Source: Amoebophrya sp. A120 (Eukaryota; Protista; Dinoflagellata). From it: a DNA stretch of 64,000 bases. Shown one piece after another: positions 14,401 through 24,280 of the stretch. Every line of letters starts with the position of its first letter. The stretch's first letter is position 1. The translations under genes were made by a program, and so were the position numbers. The stretch is taken from contig CAJINV010000009.1 of assembly GCA_905178155.1 (NCBI GenBank), positions 3,015,373-3,079,372 on the forward strand. Reading direction: 5' to 3'. The notes under the pieces were generated by a model that was not told the DNA's origin, did not search any database, and was given only the letters and a program-made list of their open reading frames with translations.

Positions 14401-17400
14401 CACAATCTGTCATGCTAGGTACTGCATTCCAGACCTCGTGGGTCATGGACAAGCTGCATGACAAACTTGCATTCTTCCAGACCCAGACACTTTTGCGTTT
14501 GCTAGAGCGGTAAACTGGTCACTGACGGTCGCCGCGAATTCCATTTCTAACTTCCCGGAGAAAGCGACCGAAACGGTACTCGTCGTGGTCGTGCTGGTTG
14601 TCATGGGAACAAACTTTTCGAACGAAGTGACTTGGTAGGCTGGCACCACGTATGCAGTGCAAATATGTCCTCTGGGTCTGGAAACCTGTGATGCTTATTT
14701 GCTGCTGATTGCAACGCTTGCAATGGCAGCCAAGCATGACGAGTTTTTGAAACGGTTCTTTGAAACGCTTTCTGATGTCTAGCACGCATTACCACTTGCG
14801 TTTTTGCATGACTACAAAGGAAGTGGCTCTGCTGCTGCTCGTCACGCAACACAGATGTTCTAGGAATTATGCAAGACACGTATTACAAGTTCCACTTTTC
14901 CAGACCCAGACATATTTGCAATTGATACCACGTACTCAAAATGTCGCACCAGCCAGTCGTACATCCCGTTTGTTTCACTGTTCAGCGCTGCGGTGAACAC
15001 CCCGGGCATCCTGAGCAAAAACGCCCCCACCCGAAAGTCAAGATGGTGATGGGGATTTTGCTACACAAATCAGCAAGTTTTGCGTGTTGCGCATGACAAG
15101 TGTAGTGCAGTCCTCTTTTGGTTTTGGGTAGTGAAACCGCATGACAAATCGGGTACCTAATCCTGATTCTAGCATGACAAGCTACCCGATAGCATTAGAA
15201 AATGGCCCTCATGGGACTGCGCATGAGAAACATTTTATTTTTAGGCATGCCAATTCGCATGACAAGTCGGGGGTGGGGAAGTTTTTACACAGGATACCGG
15301 GGGCCCCGGTGGCGGGTGCGGTCGACCAGATCTCCTTCAGTGCGTGCGGTTGGTCCCAATACACCCAGTTTTCCGGGGCCACGGTGAATTTCATATGGAA
15401 GCGTCAGGATTGAAATCGACAACAAAGTTGAAATAATATTAATTTCTCATGCATAACTTGCAAGGCATGAAGTGCCTCTCTTGCAGGGATGGCAAGCGAG
15501 GCCGACTGGCAGCCTGTTTCAGGTCTGCGATAGAGCTGCTAACGTAGCATGACAAAAGACGCCTTCTATCCCTAAGCAGCATGACAAACTGGATTCAGAT
15601 GGTGCCGAAATTTGTCATGCACCGCTTGAAAATTGGGCTGCCGACTGGTGTCGATTTTATGCATGACAAACTACCAGCCATGCTCCGGCTGCCGCCGGAG
15701 CGCAAGGCTGTTGGGCCGGGGCAAGACTGTGCGCCGATTGGACCACAACACCACGGGCCTGCGCACAACGCAACGTATTGGAGTCCTGCCGCCTGTTTGC
15801 GCCGCGCCGACCCGCAGGACCACTTGCGCGCCTCCCGCGCCTTTGGGCGCTCTGCGCAGGGAGCAGCTGCAAAGAACACCGGGGGCGAACAGAAGCCGCC
15901 CGGCGCGAGAGGGTAGCGCGAGGGGGTAGCGCGAGAGGGTAGCGCGAGAGGGTGGCGCGAGAGGGTGACGCGAGAGGGTGCGCGAGAGGGTGGCACGGAA
16001 AGACGCCGAACAAAACAAGTCCGTAAGGGCCTGCAGTTCGAGATATGGGTAGCGCCATGCGGATTCGCGCCTATTTCTTGCTGTTTTTACCTCCTCGCAG
16101 ACCTCTCGCAGTCCCTCTTTTTGACCTCTTTTTGGGGTCCCCGCTAATACTCCGGCTATACTCGCGGGTAGAGGTCGACAGAGGTGGCCGAGAGGTGGCC
16201 AAGAGGGTCCGCGGGAGGTCGCCCCTTATTCGCGCAACCTCTCGGCACCTCTGTCCACCTCTCGCCTGCCCTCTTTTCTACCTCTCGGCACCCTCCGAGG
16301 CGCTTAGCGGCCCTAAAGGGCGAGCGGTTCGGCTGGCTATACTCGCGCCACCTCTCGCGCACCCTCTCGAACTGCCTCCCGCGCCACCTCTCCACCTCTG
16401 TCGACCTCTTTTTCACCTCTTTTGACCTCTTTTTTACCTCCCGGCCACCTCTCGTTCACCCTCTCTAGACCAATATTTTCGCATGAATATAATAGATAGT
16501 AATTTCAACTTTGACGATTTCAATTCTGACACTCCCATATTTCAGTCTCAACTCGTAGTACCAGTTTTCTTTGGCATCCGTCACCTGCGTCTGCGCCGCC
16601 TGTCTGTTCAGCGTGAGGCCCAAATCCTTGAACTGGTCCTGCCGCAAATTATCGTTGGTCCTCAAATCGGCAACGTTCCCCGAGGCTATGCATTGCAAAT
16701 ATCGATCTGGTGTTTTGGATGGGTACGAGTCTATCATGCGTGTAGTCTCGTCACGTGACAACTCTTAGCTCTGTGATGCATGTTGAGCAGGAAAAGGGCC
16801 TCTTGCCTGTCATGCAAAAACGCAGTTTGCCATGCGAAAACGAAACACATAGTAGCTCAAAACCTTGTCATGCGTGGCTGCGTATTGCAGTGCGCTTAAG
16901 ATTGATTCGCACCAGATTTGCATCACAACTTTCCAGACACCCAGACAAATTTGCGGTCGGTAGAGGCCGCGAGAGTGCAACACACCGGCTTCCCGTTCGC
17001 GCAGTACTTGCTTGCGTCATTCTCCTGCTGCCAACAACGAAAGGCGTCCGAAAATATGCAATACAAACTTCCCGTACGTGTACAAGATGCATAACAAATT
17101 TCTCCAATTTGAAGTCTATACACTTGTCATGCTAAACCAGGACTGAAGCTAAGTTTTGTCATGCAGAAACACCATTTGTACGTTTACGGGACGACATTTA
17201 CTGTGCATAGAAAAAACCTGCAACGCATGGCGCAGGGCGTTGTGCTATCCTTTGTAAAAACATCCCCACCCCAGAGTTGTAATGCAAATGCGCAATGACA
17301 GGAACATTTGTAATGCGCATCCCCATGAGAGGTATTTCCAATCGTGATTTGGCATTTGTAATGCTGTAAACAGGATGAGAAATTGGCTTTCTCATGCGGC

Positions 17401-20400
17401 TTGCCTTGCTATGCGCCACTATACTACAGACGGAAACTTGTCATGCACAACTCCCAAAGCTTGCCGATTTGTCTAGGAGATTTCCCATCTTGACTCTGGT
17501 GTGGGGACGTTTTTACTCAGGATATGTGCAGGACTGAGTTGCCCAGGATTTCTCCGATCTTCGCGTCGTCGTCCACCTCCGCCCCGGTGAGGCCGCGGAA
17601 CTGCACCAACACGGGGAGGTCCGCGGGGATGTGTTTTTGATAGCTAGTATCAAAAGGAAAAATCCCCCCTCCCCATATCGAAAACGAACTTTGTGCTGCT
17701 GTATTTGAGTACGCCTTGTATTGCTAGAAGGCCAAGAGCCGCGGTCGTGGCCTTGCTTGCAGGCAATTTGACATGCTGTTTCCCACTTCCAGCTGCCTCC
17801 TGTCATGCTGAAAAAGCAAGGCTTTCTCCCGCCCCCCAGCACTACAGTCCGCATCTTTTCCCTTCTAGCATGACAGAGCTGATTTGTGATCACAAATCTG
17901 CGTCACAGATTTCCGTTTTGATGTCGGGAGGGGGGATTTTTCTTCTTGATAGCTAGACCGCCAGAGCTCGTAGATCATCGCGTTCTTCGGCTTCTTCCCC
18001 CCCGTGACAGATATGGAAAGAAAAAAGTTTGTCACAGTCACTCACTAGCTTGGAGGTTTTGCATTACAAATTTTTTCATCACAGCTTTGCCGTGTATTGC
18101 AAAAACACTAAGGGAAATCCCGCATGCAGTTTGGCTGTGAAGATGCATGTTTACGCATGACAGGCATTTTTTGTATTGCAAAAATGCCCATAAGTGATCG
18201 CGACGAACTTTTTTCTCTTGATAGCAGACGTTACGACTCTACTGCCACAATAACTCCACCAGGAATTCCATTTTTCACTGCAAGCCGGGTTAGTGTTTAT
18301 CTTCGAGTAGCGAACCTTTTCATTGTATCCTCAGTAAAAACGTCCCCACACCAGAGTCAAGATGGGAAATTTTTTTTATTTTTTTTTGCCTGCGGGAGGG
18401 GATTTCAGTTTCAGATGCGTTTTCCGGTCTATTTCCGCCGGGGGTTACGCCGTGTACAGCAGGTCGACACTGCCAGGAAACTCGATGTGCGCGCCGCATT
18501 GGTCCATACAAATCAAAACCCAAAACCCTAAACCCTTCAGTTTCAGTTTCATGGAGCGGCCCCGTGCTGGAACACTTCTGATGGTGGACGTGAGCACGAG
18601 ATTTGCGGCTTCGCGCCGCGACAACCAAATGGGGGTCTCTTCCCCCCCCCCTCCGCTTTCGAAAATCCCGTTTGTGCGTGCATACTGCAAAAGGTCGACA
18701 TCGGTGGTCGACAGGAAATCGAGATCAAGCTCGAATCGAAGGCACCGGCCACAAAAGAAGATAAGACGAAAATCATCGGGGAGGATCGGAAGACCGCAAT
18801 TTGTGATGCCTGTGGCTGCTAAAACCCGAACGGCATGGGGGTAGCTACCACGCCGAGCGCGCGGATTCGTTTTCCTTTACGTGTCGAGCCGGTAGCAGCG
18901 GCACACGCCACATCTCTTCCATCTTGCAGCGTCCGGACGGATGTGTTGGGGGGCATAGCAGTGCGGGGGGATACTAATGTACTGCGGCTTTGCAGGGCCG
19001 GAATTTGTCATGCAAAATTTGTTTTTCGGATAGTGCAAACGAACTTTTTTACTAGAGCTAACAAGTCACCGCGTCACGCCTAGGTGACACCTACCGGCTA
19101 TTTAGTAACTGCGCCGCCTGAATCGGTTTGCTATGTACTGACCCGGTAGCAGCGGGCGGAAGTTCTTTTTCTAGGAAACTACACCGGCAGCTTTGTGCAG
19201 ATACCGCAGATAGCCAGCAGGGCGCCGCTAGTAAAACCACTAAATTTTAACTATTTTGTCATGCAAAATTGGATAAGATGGAACTTGTAGGGCAAGAGCT
19301 GCGGAACCAACCGGGGCGAAATCTCGACTATCAGCAGCGGCGAGTTATATGTCGTCGCGGTCGAGGATGTCTTGCACGGGATCGGCAGTATTCGAGGCTG
19401 AAAATCGGCGTGTGGGGTGGAGGAACTTGAAGATGGATTTCCTTTCTTGGGAGACGCGGCAGGCTCGGGTGTACTCGGCGGAGAAAGGGTCTGCAAGATG
19501 TCGAAGTACAACAGCACACCGGGGAAGTGCAGCAACAGCGTATTTGTCTGATCGTCCGTTGCGGGGGGCAGCTGGCTCCCGTGCAGGTCCGGTGGTGTGG
19601 ATTGTACAGCTGCTGCACCGGCCCGCAAGTGCCGGATTGCTGGCGAGAAGAGGTAAAGGGACAGCATGGCGAGCCCCCAAACGCGGCCCGGCTCCGGTCC
19701 GGGCAAGTAAAACTCCGGTTGCTCCCAGGGCGGCAGTGTGGACCCGATACGCCGGGAGGTCTGGTAGCGACGGAAACTGGCGCCAGGTGGGGATTCCCGT
19801 TCTGCGAATGCATAAACAGGGCTAGCAGCTGGTTTGGCGGTGTTGGTGCCCTGTACACCGGTTTTCTGGCCAGTAGCCGCGATTCGCGCAGAACAGACCG
19901 AAATTCTTTTTGTAGCTCCGTATTCACCGGCCACCGCGATGCACTTGTCTCCGGTGAAACTGGCAGCTGCCGCTTCGGGGTCACCTCCACGTCATCAGGA
20001 TCCGGTCGGGCCGGAGTACTATGGATCGAAAAACCGAACGGGGAAATTCATATTTGAAATCAAGGTGAGGAAAAGACCGAAAACACCGCCGGCGAGCAAG
20101 CTCTTCCGCGGTGCTTTTAGTTTTACGGTGCTATAGTGTGATTTTGTTTTGGTATTTGCTTTTATGGTCCAACCCGGACCTGAAATCAAAACCCGGACCC
20201 GAAGCCGAGACTCGGACCCGAAACCGAAACCCGTACTCGAACCGTGGGCCCGAAATCCGGACCCGAAACTTCGGACACTACCTAGAAGAGGGCATACCGT
20301 CCTAAGTGCAACTACGTTTTCGTACCGGGAGAGAGCGACAAAGACAGATCCAAACGCAGGCGTACAGCCGGGGGAAAAGAAGGATGCCTCTATACACGGC

Positions 20401-23400
20401 TACCCGCATGCAAAAATAAGGGAAAAGGAAAAGTGTATTCACGCAAAACGGTTGGCACCCACCTTGAGTATGTCTTCCTACTGATAAGCGGAGACGAAGA
20501 TAGGTAGAATTCTTGCCGCTAGAATTCTACCTTTGGTATTTATTTCTTAGTCCTGACATACATACCTGATTAGCAACCAAGAGATCGCACTTCGCCGAAG
20601 GCTAGTGCCACGGTTGTAGCATACATATCTGCGCATACATGTCATACAAGAAACAGTAAAGGACTGATTAAAACAAATACCAATCTCAGTCTCCCACATA
20701 CCTGTAGGGCGCGGTTGCCTCACCTTCTGGAAATCTGCGGTTGAGTCAAGATGGGAAATCTGCTAGACAAATCAACCACTTTTGTTTGTTTGGCATGACA
20801 TCAAGTTTGTCCCCGTATTGTCATCCTGTTTAGCTAGTTCCGAAGCATCACAGATCTAGCGCATCATGCTGATTCTAGCATCACAAATTCCGAAACACGA
20901 CTAGAAAATGGCTCTCATTGGGCTCCGCATCATCATCATCATCATCATCATGTAGTGGACACCCGCACCCAGCGCCACAGGTCAAGGATCCCCTCCCCGG
21001 GGGGTGGGCGAGGAAGCACATTCGGCGACCTCCGCATGAGAAACTTTTTGGGCATGCAGATGTGCATGACAACTCTGGAGAGGGGACGTTTCTACTCAGA
21101 ATACATTGTACCACGAGTAAACCTATCAAGTGCAAAAATGTCTGGGTCTGGAAGATTTTGAGATTTGTCATGCCTGTCTAGCATGACCAAAAAGTTTGTG
21201 ACGCGTGTCCAAGAAGAGACCCTGTTGCCTGTCATGCAAAAACGCAGTTTGTCATGCGAAAAGCGCAACACAAAGAAGCGCAGATATTTCTCAACGTGCT
21301 TGCCTGTGCATTTTTACAGAGCATTCATTATTCCCAACGTAGCATCACAAGTCTCCAGACCCAGACATTTTTGCAGTTGATAAAACCTGGTCGATCACGG
21401 GGTCGGAATCCGGATTATCGTAGCACTGGCGGAAATAGTCTTTGCAACGTGTCTTGCATTCTATCAAATGCAAATATGTCTGGGTCTGGAAGGTTGGAAG
21501 ACTTGTCATGCAGGTCTTCCATGACACCTGAGTTCTGTCATACATGACCCAGCATGACAGATTCTGTCTGACCTCTATCATGCCTCGTCTGCATGAGAAA
21601 CTCCCTCTCAGCTTGGCCAAAAGTGGACAGCTGCTTTTGGTAATCATGCAACACAGATATTTGCACCATCCAAAATTAGCATGACAAGTTGCAACCTTCC
21701 AGACCCAGACATATTTGCAATGCGTACATTCGGTCTGGCAACAATTGTTTTTGTTCTTCCACGAGTTCAGTTCGGACATATCCAACGCAAATCAATGTCT
21801 GGGTCTGGAAGGTTGGAATTTGTAATGCTAGCTTTCCATACCTAGGATATCTGTAATTGCATAACCACCAAAATTCACAGCCTCTTTTGTACATCCAAAC
21901 ACGCAGCTTCTTATGCGGATTGCCTATGAGAAAGCGTTCTGGAAGTTGTCACGATGGATAGGTTGCATTCGGAAGTATTATTTCCATCATCCACATTTTA
22001 GCATCACAAGTTTCCAGACCCAGACATTATATTTGCAGTTGATAGGAAACATCGCGGCACCACTCCCACACCTTCAAATTGTTTCCCATTTTCCAGTATC
22101 AAATGCAAATATGTCTGGATGGGGTAATGCTGAGTTGTGAATAGTGAAAAACTCTCTGTAATGCACAGCCAAGCATGAGAAATATTTGCGCTGCTTAGTG
22201 TTGCGCCTTCCGAATGACAAATTGCGTTTTGCATGACAAGCAAAAGGGTCTCTCCTTGGCCACGCATCGCAAACTCTTTAGTCATGCCAGACAAGCATGA
22301 CACACCTTGCATCCTTCCTGACCCAGACATATTTGCACAATGCATATCCAGTTCTCCGTGTCAAGAATGGCCGCATCCGGGAACGTATCCTGTGCCAAAG
22401 TATCGCACTCGTAGTAACTGCATTTATGCATTACAAGTCTGGTTCTCAAGGCCAATCAGCATTACAAATTTTACTTCTCATGCTGAGGAAATTTGTAATG
22501 CAATTACTACAACTAGTACGATGCTCTTGCAATTCATAGACTGTATCACCTGCAAATACCTTTGTCTGGGTCTCGAAGTAGAGTGCAACTTGCGAAGTTG
22601 CCGTTGGATTTTTCCAAAAAAATGCGTGATTTTTTTTTTGTCGGAGCAGCAAAAGGCGGCCAGTTTTTCTACTCAGTAGTAGTGAGAGTGACCATTTTAC
22701 CCTTTGCGCGTGCTTGCGGCCCGTGGGCGCTAGATGTGGTTGGCCTGCCTTATCATCCAAGCCCGTGAGCAAGGTGGAGCTCCAGCGTTGCCTTGGTGGG
22801 TTAATAGTCTTGCAAACTTTATTGCAACCTCTCCGCTTTTGTGGTTGGTTGCGCGCTAAGATAAGCTGGGGGGCTAAGATCGTACTCGCTAACCCTATCC
22901 CGATGACGGACAACCCCAAACGCGTGCCCTTTTTTAGCACGCTCCCGACCGGTTTCCGCGCCCCCTTTTTATGCGCATAGGTGCAGATCGGTCCTCCGAG
23001 CTCCGCGCTAGCAGAGCCGCCACCGCGCCCGCCCCGGGGGGACCACTTTAGGAAACCCAAACCATGCAGAATGTGCATGACAAACCTTGCAGTCTCCCAG
23101 GAGACCCTGACACTATATTTTATGCACTGGATAGACCGAAGCAGCCGTTGCTGCCGTTCGGTGCCCACCTACCGTAGTAACCAAGATCCCCCCGCCAGTC
23201 TGGTTCAACGGCTGCAGGGCAAAGGCTGGCACAGGAAGGATTGGCGCGACGTTTATTTCTGCGTGAAGTGCTCGCCCCTGTTCTACTACTTTCTGGTTGT
23301 ACAACTGGGCTTCTTCATTTGCACTGCCTTCTACCGAGAATGCGCCTGTAGTACTGCAGCTCAAAAAAAGTTGTACTGCAAGTACCCACACGAGAACCAG

Positions 23401-23493
23401 GCTTCTCATGCAGAGTCGCACGTCAAACCGCCATGCCGGCATGAGGCCGAGGTGCGGCCGCAGAAATTTATGCCTCTCTGGCGCCGGGAACAT
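2432..23493 (-). CDS. Giant type-I membrane/surface protein (gene 2, 2301 aa, 40 introner introns): signal peptide, Cys/Trp domain, two PAN/Apple-like domains, repeated SEA-like domains, Thr tracts, Cys-rich repeats, TM helix, Gly/Asp tail
   Basis: Span 21062 minus 13956 (40 elements) minus 200 (40 TSDs) = 6906 nt = 2302 codons, and the junctions translate in frame. PAN-like DAPGHDL...TFDSCLDWCAKHENCGAFCF...NCAVK; TM VLAIGVGVGVILLLGVVGVVLM. Domain names are inferred from motif recognition. Confidence 0.88.
2856..3122. mobile_element. Introner, family A (TIR ~TATCAAATGCAAAAATGTCTGGGTCTGGAA)
   Basis: TIRs, TSD CTTCA. Confidence 0.92.
4045..4307. mobile_element. Introner, family A
   Basis: TIRs, TSD TCGAA. 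Confidence 0.92.
4411..4662. mobile_element. Introner, family A
   Basis: TIRs, TSD GTGCA. Confidence 0.92.
4874..5097. mobile_element. Introner, family D (TIR ~TATCGCAAGAAAAAA(C/G)TGT)
   Basis: TIRs, TSD TCATG. Confidence 0.9.
5397..5800. mobile_element. Introner, family B (TIR ~TATCCTGAGTAAAAACGTCCCCACCCCAGAGT), with ~121-bp insert at 5651-5771
   Basis: TIRs, TSD CGTCT; longer than sister copy 61799-62077. Confidence 0.9.
6200..6451. mobile_element. Introner, family A
   Basis: TIRs, TSD TCCCT. Confidence 0.9.
6936..7189. mobile_element. Introner, family A
   Basis: TIRs, TSD TACAT. Confidence 0.88.
7393..7646. mobile_element. Introner, family A
   Basis: TIRs, TSD TACAC. Confidence 0.9.
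8755..9079. mobile_element. Introner, family C (TIR ~TATCAAAAGGAAAAATCCCCCCTCCCCATAT)
   Basis: TIRs, TSD GCTGG. Confidence 0.92.
9130..9394. mobile_element. Introner, family A
   Basis: TIRs, TSD CCGTC. Confidence 0.9.
9577..10017. mobile_element. Introner, family A, with ~186-bp insert at 9675-9860
   Basis: TIRs, TSD TCGGT; compared with sister copy 24287-24548. Confidence 0.9.
10065..10316. mobile_element. Introner, family F (TIR TATAACCTGCTCAGGTGTTACAATCTCAAACGTTACAATAGA)
   Basis: ~40-bp IR, TSD CCACT, frame restored (VKSG-NPVKVEL). Confidence 0.88.
10563..10772. mobile_element. Introner, family D
   Basis: TIRs, TSD CCGGC. Confidence 0.9.
11037..11245. mobile_element. Introner, family D
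   Basis: TIRs, TSD GGAGA/GGAGG. Confidence 0.9.
11430..11670. mobile_element. Introner, family A
   Basis: TIRs, TSD CGAAA. Confidence 0.9.
11724..11878. mobile_element. Introner, family E (TIR ~TATGCATTGCAAAAGTATCG)
   Basis: TIRs, TSD GGCCC/GGCAC. Confidence 0.87.
11938..12225. mobile_element. Introner, family B
   Basis: TIRs (left end TGT), TSD TTGCG. Confidence 0.87.
12281..12542. mobile_element. Introner, family A
   Basis: TIRs, TSD TCCGC. Confidence 0.92.
12579..12829. mobile_element. Introner, family F-like
   Basis: TATCGCCTCCTCAGCTGTTAC...GTAGCACCTGAGGAAGCCATA, TSD TCGAG, frame restored (CAKNS-TCNAFCF). Confidence 0.85.
12868..13135. mobile_element. Introner, family A
   Basis: TIRs, TSD CGCAC/CGAAC. 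Confidence 0.88.
13204..13390. mobile_element. Introner, family E (degenerate)
   Basis: Decayed TIR and TSD; frame restored (EQD-ASGNDL). Confidence 0.78.
13448..13699. mobile_element. Introner, family A (opposite orientation to 4411)
   Basis: TIRs, TSD CACCT. Confidence 0.92.
13750..13958. mobile_element. Introner, family D
   Basis: TIRs, TSD GAACC. Confidence 0.9.
13993..14202. mobile_element. Introner, family D
   Basis: TIRs, TSD CGTGT/CGTGG. Confidence 0.88.
14244..14504. mobile_element. Introner, family A
   Basis: TIRs (right end CTA), TSD GAGCG. Confidence 0.88.
14651..14927. mobile_element. Introner, family A
   Basis: TIRs, TSD CCACG. Confidence 0.9.
15007..15296. mobile_element. 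Introner, family B
   Basis: TIRs, TSD CCGGG. Confidence 0.9.
15394..16539. mobile_element. Introner, family G (TIR TATGGAAGCGTCAGGATTGAAATCG...), carrying a nested GC-rich element
   Basis: ~45-bp IR, TSD TTTCA, frame restored (ELRLK-FTVAPEN). Confidence 0.87.
15674..16468. mobile_element. GC-rich element with terminal CCAGCCA-hairpin and GAGAGGGT / ACCCTCTC arrays (copy 1; right boundary approximate)
   Basis: Same architecture as 50559-51622. Confidence 0.6.
16687..16962. mobile_element. Introner, family A (diverged)
   Basis: TSD GAGGC, frame restored. Confidence 0.83.
17055..17209. mobile_element. Introner, short family H
   Basis: TATGCAATACAAACTTCCCGTA...TACGGGACGACATTTACTGTGCATA, TSD GAAAA. 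Confidence 0.82.
17246..17524. mobile_element. Introner, family B
   Basis: TIRs, TSD TGTGC. Confidence 0.92.
17648..17951. mobile_element. Introner, family C
   Basis: TIRs, TSD GCTAG. Confidence 0.92.
18012..18223. mobile_element. Introner, family D
   Basis: TIRs, TSD ACAGA/GCAGA. Confidence 0.88.
18371..20742 (-). mobile_element. Non-autonomous poly(A)-tailed retro-insert
   Basis: 17-bp TSD GAGTCAAGATGGGAAAT (18354-18370, 20743-20759); T-run at left end; no recognisable RT ORF. Confidence 0.75.
20931..21029 (-). mobile_element. 99-bp (TGA)n-tailed retro-fragment
   Basis: 8-bp TSD CTCCGCAT; (CAT)n run at left end. Confidence 0.7.
21124..21382. mobile_element. Introner, family A
   Basis: TIRs, TSD AAACC. 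Confidence 0.9.
21462..21726. mobile_element. Introner, family A
   Basis: TIRs, TSD CATTC. Confidence 0.9.
21779..22044. mobile_element. Introner, family A
   Basis: TIRs, TSD GGACA/GGAAA. Confidence 0.87.
22097..22346. mobile_element. Introner, family A
   Basis: TIRs, TSD TCCAG. Confidence 0.88.
22386..22538. mobile_element. Introner, family E
   Basis: TIRs; flanks GAACG/GACTG. Confidence 0.82.
22544..23133. mobile_element. Introner, family A, with extra internal sequence (590 bp)
   Basis: TIRs; flanks GACTG/GACCG. Confidence 0.8.
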
Positions 23494-24164
23494 TCTTTAT
23501 TTTGCTTTTGTTCTTTCCCCCGCTACAGCAAAGCAGGGCAAGAAGTCGCATACTTTCAGAAATCTATTCTCAAGGCTACCCGCCGCTCCTTGTACTTTAT
23601 TTCGGCTGTACTGCTACGTACCAGTATGCAGGAAGAACTCATCGAGTAAAACCCTCTATCGCTGCTCGTTGTCGTTCAAGCTGCGCACCGGGAATAATTG
23701 AAATCATGGTGACCTGCTCGGCTGTGTTTGCTGCAGGACCTCCCGCTTGTTCACGCCCCCTCCTCTCAAGGTTATTTGGTCTACAATTCAATATTCCAAA
23801 AGAAACGAAAACTGAAAAAGCCCCAGCCAAATTTTCCAAATTCTTACCCGGCGAACCATTTTGCATGATTCATCCGCTTTGTTGAGGCTCCTTGTGGAGT
23901 TCTTGTACTGGTTGTATCATTCTATTTCATTTTCACTTGTGTAAACTACAGAAACAGAACCACTGTCAACATTCCCCGATAATCGACGTCCAGTGTGGTC
24001 GTGTTTGCTTTCATCAAGTACACCGGTGAAGTTCTTTAGCTTTATTTTTTCGTTATAGACAACTTCAACCCGCCGCCCCCTGTTCGTTTTTGAGATGACC
24101 CTCCTCACGCCTAATATTCCACCGCAAGAAAAATGATCCGCCTGTTGCTGTTTCCTAGCCAAAA

Positions 24165-24280
24165 CTCGGCAAGAACTTCTGGCGTTCATGCAACACTGGT
24201 TTTTTTGGAATTAGGACTTCGCATGTTCTTGACAAGCTCCATTCATCATCTTCGAGACCCAGACATACTTCCCAGGCATA
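24165..24280. mobile_element. Solo right half of a family A introner (left boundary approximate)
   Basis: CTTCGAGACCCAGACATACTTCCCAGGCATA with no matching left TIR found upstream. Confidence 0.55.

Larger units (their letters stand above)
18326..21103. mobile_element. Introner, family B, expanded to 2778 bp by two nested retro-inserts
   Basis: TIRs, TSD CATTG, frame restored (YSWYN-EKVRYS). Confidence 0.87.

Noticed and set aside
18516-18536. Telomere
   Set aside because: Only about two TTTAGGG-like units, inside a retro-insert.
19251-20057. ORFs within the 2.4-kb insert as RT or transposase
   Set aside because: No YxDD, DDE or endonuclease motifs; overlapping low-complexity frames. No autonomous element was recognised in the window.
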